From positions 11,226 to 75,225 of the IMG/VR virus record IMGVR_UViG_3300045988_101878: 64,000 nt of DNA, one strand, 5' to 3'. The DNA comes from a virus. The position numbers and the translations under genes are program-made. Shown here piece by piece: positions 6,478 through 15,300 of this stretch (its first letter is position 1; every line of letters starts with the position of its first letter). Below the pieces are notes generated by a model. That model searched no databases and had not been told where the DNA came from. It saw only the letters and a list, made by a program, of their open reading frames with translations.

Positions 6478-6587
6478 AAGGTACTACCGGGAAAGGAGGT
6501 CATTGTCATATTCCCCACAAAAAGGTACTCCGACAAAAGGAGGTATTGCTTGCACCCCTACCCCTTAGGTACTCCGTGAAAGGAGGT
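6478..6587 (+). repeat. three AGGTACT(A/C)C...AAAGGAGGT repeats at 44-bp spacing
   Basis: Copies lie at 6478-6500, 6522-6544 and 6566-6587. In addition, CCCCTTAGGTACT occurs at 6411 and 6561. Confidence 0.6.
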
Positions 6588-6633
6588 CGGTTGTGGTTAT
6601 AGGATTTATGTTGAACATTAAAACTTGCAAGAT

Positions 6634-7338
6634 ATGTTTGAGATTGGAAAGAAGTTTAGGTTGCCGTTAGGCGTTAGTGAGGTTTCGGGCGCGAAGAATC
6701 CGATGATTGGGTTGCTGAGTGCTGCGAGCCTTGGTTTGAGTGTTGGCAGTTCGCTGTTCGGCGGTTTTAAGGCTCGTAAGGCTGCAAAGAGGGCTTTGCG
6801 TGAGAATCAATACCGCATGAATGCTGAAAAGGCTTGGTATGACAAGGAGTATAACACGGACTACTTGGACACCAAGGCAGGACAGAACTTGATGCGCAAG
6901 GCTCAGGAGGTGCAGGACAGTTACATTCGCAAAGCTGATGGTGCGGCTGCGGTTGGTGGCGGTACGGCTGCGAGTACGGCTATGGCAAAGGAGGCTGCCA
7001 ATAGGGCTATGGGCAATACTGTGGCTAATATTGGTGCGAATGACACGGCTCGTAAGGCGAGTGTTTCGGATCAGCACATGCGTAACGAGAGCAATCTTTC
7101 TCAGCAGAGGGAGGCTATCTACAATCAGCAGGCTCAGAATGTGAGCAATGCGGCACAGAATATGAGTAATGCGATGGCTGCGGCAGCTTCTGGTTTGGAT
7201 GGTGCTCCTAAGAGTGGTCCGTTGATTGTGGACGTTGGTAGTGCTGAGGCTAAAGCAGCTGCTCAAGGTTCGCTTGTCCCAGAGATTGACGAGAAGTCGG
7301 CATTCGACAAGCGATTGAAGAACGTGACTGGTGTTTAA
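6634..7338 (+). CDS. Ala/Gly/Asn/Gln-rich protein with an N-terminal hydrophobic segment (possible internal virion/ejection protein)
   Basis: I trimmed the track ORF to the ATG at 6634. Contains IGLLSAASLGLSVGSSLFGG followed by a low-complexity A/N/Q-rich region. The function is inferred only from composition and position upstream of the giant gene. Confidence 0.45.
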   Translation: MFEIGKKFRLPLGVSEVSGAKNPMIGLLSAASLGLSVGSSLFGGFKARKAAKRALRENQYRMNAEKAWYDKEYNTDYLDTKAGQNLMRKAQEVQDSYIRKADGAAAVGGGTAASTAMAKEAANRAMGNTVANIGANDTARKASVSDQHMRNESNLSQQREAIYNQQAQNVSNAAQNMSNAMAAAASGLDGAPKSGPLIVDVGSAEAKAAAQGSLVPEIDEKSAFDKRLKNVTGV

Positions 7339-7372
7339 TCATATATATTTCAAATTAAAATTATTGCTCAAC

Positions 7373-8026
7373 ATGAAGAAATTTAAGAACAGAAAGAATT
7401 TTAAGAACATTAAGAACGTGAATAATACGGTCAAGAACAACGCCAATATGGATGGCTTTGAGGAGCTTGTCAAGGCGGCAAAGGAGTTCAATGGAGCTTT
7501 GGACGACGAGGTGGCAAACCGAGAGTACGAGCGCAAGAAGCTTGCTGAGGCGTTCGAAAAGAAGGCATCGAATGATGCAAAGGCGAAGGAAATCAAGGAG
7601 ATTATGGAGACGGCAACGGCGGTCATGTGGACCATTGAAGACATCATCAATGGTAAGATTGACGAGGAGCGCAAGAATAACAAGCCATTTTGTTTGGAAC
7701 GTGAAGACTTTTTGACATATAAGGCCGAAAAGCCAAAGAAGCGCAAGCCTGCGTCTGAGGTTGAGTCGTTGAAGGCCGAGCTGGAGAACTTGAACGCTCA
7801 CTTCAAGGGTGTGTGTGCCGAGCGTGACAATCTTGCCGCTTGCCTGAAGTCGTGCGAGAAAGACCTTAAGCAGAAGCAGGACGAGGCGGTTATCATGAGA
7901 CAGGAGGCAGTTTTCCAGTTCAAGCGCGCCGAGAAGGCTGAGGCTTTCATCAAGCAGATTGACGGGGCTTGTGACCTTATAAAGAAACATATTGCGGCTT
8001 ATGGTTCAAAGAAGAAATCCAAGTAA
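7373..8026 (+). CDS. lysine/glutamate-rich coiled-coil protein
   Basis: I trimmed the track ORF to the ATG at 7373 (MKKFKNRKNF...). The sequence is heptad-like and charged. Confidence 0.5.
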   Translation: MKKFKNRKNFKNIKNVNNTVKNNANMDGFEELVKAAKEFNGALDDEVANREYERKKLAEAFEKKASNDAKAKEIKEIMETATAVMWTIEDIINGKIDEERKNNKPFCLEREDFLTYKAEKPKKRKPASEVESLKAELENLNAHFKGVCAERDNLAACLKSCEKDLKQKQDEAVIMRQEAVFQFKRAEKAEAFIKQIDGACDLIKKHIAAYGSKKKSK

Positions 8027-9377
8027 TCCGGCTGAACCTGCTCCGTTAGTGCAACAAGCTGCGGGGCAGGTGCCTGTGCAGGGGAATGTTGGACAGCCTC
8101 AGCAGGTTGTTCAGCAAGCTCCTCAGCAGCAGAATGTGGTGCAGCCTGGGCAGGTGGCTCAGCCTCAGCAACCTGTTAATGTGTTCAGCGGTGGCTCTGG
8201 ACGACCCACTACGTTTGAGAACATGCCTACGACTGTAGGATGGACTCCTTTCGGCAACCCTGTAAATGAGGGGAGCAAGGCTCAGCAATCGTGGCAGACG
8301 ATGAATTCCAAAAACACGGAAGGAAGAATGCCAGCCGCTTACGCTCTTAACTCTAAGCCTTTGGGTGGTGTTGATTTGGGTGCTGTTGGTGGTGATAAGG
8401 GTGTTACTGCTGTGTTTGAGAGGGACGATAGCCAAAGGGATGGTGGTTTCTTTAAGTGGCTTGGCGGTCTTGCCAAGAAGCGACCGGGCAGACGCGAGGG
8501 AGAAACCGACGAAGAGTATGACGAGCGCATGACAAGGAACAATATGCGCATTGCCACTCTTGCGGACGCTATCCGACACATGGGCAATATCTACAATACG
8601 ATGAAGGGCGGTCCTTCTCAGCAGTTCAACAGCCCTGCGGCTGTGTATGAACAGCAGATGCAGCAACGCAAGGCAGAAAGAAAGTCGAAATTGGCGGCAG
8701 CAGCAGAGAGTGCGTATAAGGATGCACAGTTGCAGCTCAAGATGGATGCAGCCAACACGGACAAGGCTTACAAGGCGATGAACCTTGAGCTGAAAAAGGA
8801 TGCAGGCAGACGTGCGGACGAAAGTGCTAAGGCTATGAATGAATACCGCAAGGGACAGCTTGGCATCCAGGAGGGCAACCTTAAGCTTTCGGAAAAGAGA
8901 CTCGGGGAAACTATGCGACACAACAGAGCTTCGGAAGGTCTTAGCGCAAGCAGACTTGCTTTATCGAGAACCAAGGCAAATGGCGGATATAAAGGAAGCG
9001 GCAAGGGTCTCGGTTCTGTAACCAACCTTTCTACTCCATACGGACACTTAAACCGCAAAAAGGACCTTAATACCATTGAGAAGAGACAGATTTTGGATTT
9101 TTTGTTTAAAAATGGATTTATTACCGATGCAGCTGCAAAAAAATACACAAATGCTGTTGATGAACGAGAGCGTGGCGCAATACTTAACGGTTGGATAGGT
9201 TGGGCAGCTAACGCAAAGGGAACAAGAGCAGGAAAATTCAGAAAGATGCTTATAGACCACTACGGATATTCTCCTACAAATACCGTTGGCGGTGGCAAAG
9301 CTCCAGCTGCTCCTGCAAAGAGCAAGAACAACGCCAAGCCAAAGAAAGGCGGTTGGGCGTCGGGTTTTAAACTTTAA
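8001..9377 (+). CDS. Gln/Pro-rich protein with a basic coiled-coil C-terminal half
   Basis: The track ORF starts at TTG 7992, and the first ATG is at 8001. It overlaps the upstream gene by 26 nt. The N-terminus contains QQAPQQQNVVQPGQVAQPQQ repeats. Confidence 0.5.
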   Translation: MVQRRNPSNPAEPAPLVQQAAGQVPVQGNVGQPQQVVQQAPQQQNVVQPGQVAQPQQPVNVFSGGSGRPTTFENMPTTVGWTPFGNPVNEGSKAQQSWQTMNSKNTEGRMPAAYALNSKPLGGVDLGAVGGDKGVTAVFERDDSQRDGGFFKWLGGLAKKRPGRREGETDEEYDERMTRNNMRIATLADAIRHMGNIYNTMKGGPSQQFNSPAAVYEQQMQQRKAERKSKLAAAAESAYKDAQLQLKMDAANTDKAYKAMNLELKKDAGRRADESAKAMNEYRKGQLGIQEGNLKLSEKRLGETMRHNRASEGLSASRLALSRTKANGGYKGSGKGLGSVTNLSTPYGHLNRKKDLNTIEKRQILDFLFKNGFITDAAAKKYTNAVDERERGAILNGWIGWAANAKGTRAGKFRKMLIDHYGYSPTNTVGGGKAPAAPAKSKNNAKPKKGGWASGFKL

Positions 9378-9389
9378 TTTGAAAAATAT

Positions 9390-12300
9390 ATGGCAATAGA
9401 TAGAAGTAAGTTGCAGAGGATGTACAAGCTTATGGCTGACAACGGCTATACCCAGGACTATAATACATTCGAGAAGAAGTTTACTGGTGACAGCAATTAC
9501 GCCAACAGAAAGGCTGTGTACGACCTGTTCACAAAGAATGGTGCTGACTTGGGAGGCTCGTATGAGGAGTTTATGCGCAAGTTGCAGAAGCCAAGAGCGA
9601 CAAAGCCTCAGCAGCAACCAAAGACCGCATTAGGCAGGGCACAACAGAGCGTGGCGCAACAGAAATGGGGAGGCTATGGTGGTGCTGTGACTCCAATGCA
9701 GAATGACAGCGAGCTTGTGCGCGGATTGAAGAATGCGGACGCGGCACAGAGGTTGCAGGTTCCCGTGAGCTATGCAAAGCCGGGTGCTGTGAAACAGATG
9801 GTGAAGCAGACAAGGGAGAGACAGCATGTCGTTGGGCAGAATGTGGAGCAGGCAGGACGTAGAACCATGCAGCCATTACGTGAAGAAGAGAAGAAAAACA
9901 GAACACCCGTTTTTGATACTGGCAACAAGAATCTGAACCAGTATGTGGTGAACACGCAGGGACAGATGGAGCGTCAGATGATGGACAGCGGACGTGAGAT
10001 TGCAGGTGATCATCTTGGAGACTATATCTCCTACAATATCCGCAATGAGTTTGACGCTGCTGCCAAGAGAGGACTGGAGGCTGAGTCAGCCTTGAGCAAG
10101 GCTTCACCATTCGCCTCTATGGTAGCTGGCAAGGCTTACAACGATGCGCTTGACCCCGATATGCTTATAAAGAATCTCTCCAAGAAAGCGGAGAGCGATA
10201 TGGCAAACATTCTCTCAGACCCGAAAGTGCTTGAGAATATTGGCGTTAAGGCGGCTGCCTATGGTGTTGACCCAGAGGAATATGTAAACAAGATATTCGC
10301 TCCTGGCTTGCAAGCAAAGATAGCCGAGGAGTTTGAGAAGAGCGAGCTGAGCCGTAATATGCCTAAGAGTACGGCAGAATACATCATCCGCGGTGTTAAT
10401 GACTCGATGATTGGTACTATCTTGTCAATGAGCATGATGTCAAAGAAGCAGAGACAGTATGCTCAGCAAGGAATGGCAATGACCGATAACGGCGAGAATC
10501 CTGATGTTAACCCGAATATGGGCGCAAGAGTGGCACGCGGAACATTGAGCTTTGTTGCTGATGCTCCTGTATTTGGTGCTGCTGGAAAGGCAGGTGCTGC
10601 TGTTGCAGGAAAGGTATTCGGCAATGGAGTGGCACAGATGGCGAGAGTGGCAAATTCTTCTTTGGGTGGACGTATTGCTCGTATGGCAGGTTCTGGAATG
10701 GTGAGCCAAGGCGTTACTGGTGTGCTTTACGGTTCGACGAATGCGGCTGTACAGAACTACTCTACTGGCGACGACACTTCTATTGGCAATACCGTGAAGC
10801 TTATGACTATGGGCGGCGTTTCGGAAGGCGCAAGTTGGGCCACTATGGGTGGCATTGGCGGTGCTGTTGGAGGAAGCCTGTATAATGTGAGTGGTTTTAA
10901 GCGCATTCCTGCCAAGGTGTTCCAGATAGCGATGGAAGGCGTTGGTATGCACATGGGTGGTAATGTTGCCAAGATGATAGAGGGTCATGATACCGACTGG
11001 CTGAGCGTAGAGGGGAACCTTGAGGCTTGTGCCAATGTTGTAGCCTTGAAGCTGACACACGCAAGACTGCCTAAGCGTTATGCGAAGGACGGCAAGAAGG
11101 AAAGCTATCTTGGCATGGTGGCGAGAAATCTTTATAATCTTACTGTCTCGGACAGACAGAGAACTGCCCTTGGTGGATATACTTTCACCAATGAGGAGAA
11201 AGAACAGCTGTTCGGGAGCGCGAATGCGCCAAGGAGAAAAGAATATACCTACGGATATGATAAGTATGACGTGCCTTTGACAAGAAGTGAAAATCTTATT
11301 GATTGGGCATTGAGAACCAAGAAGACAACAGCCAGAGGAAAGGGCGAGGAATCTTATAATGGCACGGACGCTGAGTTTGTGAAGACTGCCTATGACGAGA
11401 TAATGGCTGACAATACCATTCCTTGGGACACAAAAGCTAAATTCTCGGCTTTGGTTATGGGAACTGTTCCTTCGGCACGTCCGATGATGGACCATATAGC
11501 GATAGAGCGTGACGAGAGAGGAGCGTATGTGGGTGAATATAGCCTTTATGGAGAGTTGCTCTCAAAGAACCGCTATAAGACAGCCGACGAATACGTTTCA
11601 ATCAAATACAATCTTGGGGCGAAGAAAGAAAACCAACGTTTGAGTAATGCCTATGGTGCAGCTCAGATAAAGGACGAGAAGGCGGCACAAGAAACATTGG
11701 AGACTGTAGCTGAGACGTTTGGCTTTACTGCTGAACAGTTGAAGGCAGCTATGGACAAAGACCCGTTGAAGCGCAGCGAGGAGGAACAGAATGCTTGTGT
11801 GGCTCTGAGAAAGGCTTATGAGGGAGAGCAGTTCCCGGAAGGAACGTTGCATCCCGACCAGTCGCAGACAGAGGGCAAGGACGTGGTTGAGGAGAATAAC
11901 CTTGGCACGGAGAATCCTAACAACGAGGCTGTGGCTGAGGTGCTGAACAACATGAATAATGCCGAAAAGGCGTTTAATGCAGCCTTGGAAAGCAACGATG
12001 TGTTGAAGCAGGAGTATGAGAGACTGGCAAAGGAGGGTCTTTCGGAACCTCAGATATACATGGAGCTGTTTAATTCGGGACTGACGCAGGAACAGCTTGC
12101 ACCTTTTGCCGACTACATCAACGCCAAGGCTAAGGCTGTGGGCATGTATCGCGGAACTGAACAGAAGATTGCTGAGACCGTGCAGAAGCATGTGGAGCAA
12201 TGGAGCTACAAGGGCGAGCTGAATGGCGAGAAGCAAGAGGGCGGTCAGATGGTGTTCGTGAAGGACAACAAGGGCAGACTGCTGATTGTTGGAGCGGGCG

Positions 12301-15300
12301 ATGTTGCCTTTGATAATGATGGCAGAGCGAGAGAAAGCGTTGGCGACATGCTTAGCGTGCTTGATGCTGAGAAGGGAGAAATGGACTTCGTGAGCGTTAA
12401 GGACGTGAAACTGGAGCGCACTGTGGCAAGCGAGGAGTATGCAAAGGAATACCAGGAACTGTTGGAGGTTAAGAACTCTGAGGTGTATGCTCAGAATGAG
12501 CAGCAAAAGCAGATGGAGAATGCGGCAGGTGGTGTGACACCTGAAGGTGGAAAGCCGGAACAGCCGATAACAGAGCAGGGCAACGCAGAGACTACCGTGC
12601 AGACTGGCGAGGCAAACAAGCCTGTGCGTACATTTGCCGATGGCTCACCTGTGCCCATGACAAAGGATTCGAAGGGTCGCGAGACTGCTGCCTACTCGAT
12701 GATGACTCCAGAGCAGGGAGCCGAGTGGATAGAAAAGACATTCGGAGAGGATGCTGAGGCTGTGGCAGACGGTAAGATTGAGCGAGCCAAGAAGGATTTG
12801 AGCAAAGCCGAGAAGATGGATATAGACATGACCGCTGACGATGCGGACGTACTGGAGGCTAAGACCAAGAAGAAGGCTGCTATTGAAGCTGCCCAAAAGG
12901 AGCTTGAGCTTTACACCAACATCAAGATGGCGATGGTGGAGAAGAAGGTGAAGGCTACGATGGAGAAAGAAAATACTGTAGGTGAGGTAGATAGTGCAAG
13001 TCGTGTTAGTGACGCCGTGCGCGAGAAGTTCGAGAAATCAAAGAAGATTCCCGGACGACGTGGTTCTATCACTCTTCCTGATGGAACTAAGATAACTGGT
13101 CAATACTTTTATGGCGAGGTTTCAGGACTTACACCTTCGCACGATCCGTTTAATGACTTTAAGCAGAACGAGGGATTCCCAGTTAATGAAGACGGCTCTT
13201 CCTCAAACTCACGTTCTTACAAAGACAAGGAGTCGCGTCTGTTTACAGAGAAAATTGGCAGAGACTTTGGCGGGCAAGCACTAAAGAATGTGCCAGTTGT
13301 GCAGGATGGTATTCTGTTAAGCGGAAATGGCACGACTATGGGTAAACAACTTGCGGAACGCTATGGTACTGACGGCAAGTATTATGAGAGCCTAAGTGAA
13401 AACGCAGAAGGCTTCGGCTGGACTCCAAAGCAAATTGAAGAGGCAGGCTTTAAGGGTACTGTATATTTTGTACCCGACAAAAAGATGCCACTTACAAGTA
13501 AGACATTTGACCTTTTCAACAAGCAAGAGACAAAGAGCATTGGCAATACAGAGCAGTCGGTAAAGAATGCCAAGGTGTTAGACACGGACGAGATTAGTGC
13601 CATCGTGTCGGAGATAGAAGGAAGTGGCAGTCTTGACGCATTCTTTAACAATCCTACTGCAATAAACTCGTTGCTAAAGCGTTTAATTGATAAGGGCGTT
13701 ATTGGCTTGAACGAGGTAGCCGGATTGCGCGAGGGCGAGAACAAACTTTCGGCTTCGGGCAAGGACTTTGTGAGAAACCTGCTGTTGGGCAGCGTGTTCT
13801 CGGAGGACACTATCAGAATGATGGGTGCAGACGCAGGTTTGAAGTCGAAGGCTCTGAATGGTATACGTGCCGTGCTTGACAATATGAAGCTTGGCGACTA
13901 TGCCCTTAGAGGCGAGATTGACAAGGCTGTGCAGTTGGTATATGAGGCACGTCAGCAAGGTGGCGACGTGGATGCTTATTTGCGCACTCCTGCCATGTTC
14001 GGAGAAAATGCGGCAGATAGATACGACCCAATATCACAGGCTATAGCTCTTGCGCTTGACGGCAAGGCTGAGGACTTCCGCGATTTGATGATGGCATACA
14101 ACCGCAATGCGGCACATTATGCCGATGCTAATCAGTTGGACGTGTTCGGCGACCGACCTACAAAGGAGGAGTTCATTAACGAATTTTTGAAACTTAGAAA
14201 CTGGAAGAACTATGAAACAAGACGTTCAGAAAATGAAGGAAATGGCGATGTTGGCGGCACTCAAGGAAGTGAACCAGAAACGTCAGGAGGAAATGAACAG
14301 ACAGAAGGAGAAGGAGTAACGCCTACTGGTGCAGGCGCGGGTTCGCCTATGGACCCAGACAGATTTGACCGAGCTGTTGAGCAGCTAAAGACTGCCAAGG
14401 GTGAGGAGCGTGAACGTATACTCGACCAAATGGAAGAGTATGTGAATGAGTTTGCCGAGAGCAATGGATATGACAAGCCAGTTGTGCTGAGAACAAAGAA
14501 GGACTTGGCGGATGCGGCGAAAGACCCAGACGACAAATTCGCAATAGAAAATATGCCAGATGATGCCCATAATCCTGGTTATTATGAGGATGGGAAAATC
14601 CATATATATCTTGAAGGCAGTAGAGGTTCTAAAGAGTTGCGCGAGACATTTGAGCACGAGTCGGTTCATGCTGACAATGATGCAGACCCTTCAAGAGTGG
14701 AAATGCTCATTTCTTCCGTAAACGAGACTGGCGAGATAACATTTGAAGAATTAGAAAAAGTTGTTGAGACTTTATCTAACTCAGACCGTTATTCATACCT
14801 TGCAGAAAAGCTGGATTACAACGATGGATTGCGCATGTTGGCAGATGAAGCCTTAGCGCACCTTGTTGCACATGCTTATAAAAATGGTATAGATGCGATG
14901 TCGGATATAACTAAGAATTCTACATTACTCTATATAGCAAAAAAATCATTTAAATTTAGAGAAAATGAAAGACAGCGACAAGAACGAGAATCAATTAGTG
15001 GAAGTACTGAGCAACAGCGGAAGAAAGTCGATGTTCAGCCTACACAAGAGCACAGTGGAACTGTGGGAGAAAATAATGAAGGAAAATCCGGAGTTGTCAC
15101 AGATGCAAGCATTGGGACAGGCATTCGTGATAATGAAGGAGAAGGAGAAACAATAAATGACAGAAGAAGAAAAGAAGGACTTGCAAAGAGTGGAGATAAG
15201 ACACTCGAGCGGAAGAATCTCGATGATGTATCTACCGAAGAAAACGGTGGAGCATTGGAGGGAGATAAGGAAGGCAAACCCGAAAATGACAATGGAGGAA

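Noticed and set aside
6478-6587. The AAAGGAGGT motifs as ribosome-binding sites of small unannotated genes.
   Set aside because: No ATG/GTG/TTG at 5-12 nt downstream opens an ORF longer than a few codons in any of the three copies.
5837-6602. Track ORFs in the non-coding hub (5837-6097, 5883-6125, 5910-6134, 5998-6312, 6180-6536, 6188-6451, 6327-6602).
   Set aside because: Their sequences are direct read-outs of the iterons and of the purine/pyrimidine-pure blocks (e.g. repeated KGQDFV and poly-P/S/H runs). They overlap each other in several frames and strands.
7992-8026. Programmed frameshift joining 7373-8026 and 7992-9377.
   Set aside because: No slippery heptamer or downstream structure is seen in the 35-nt overlap. 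An ordinary ATG at 8001 explains the second ORF.
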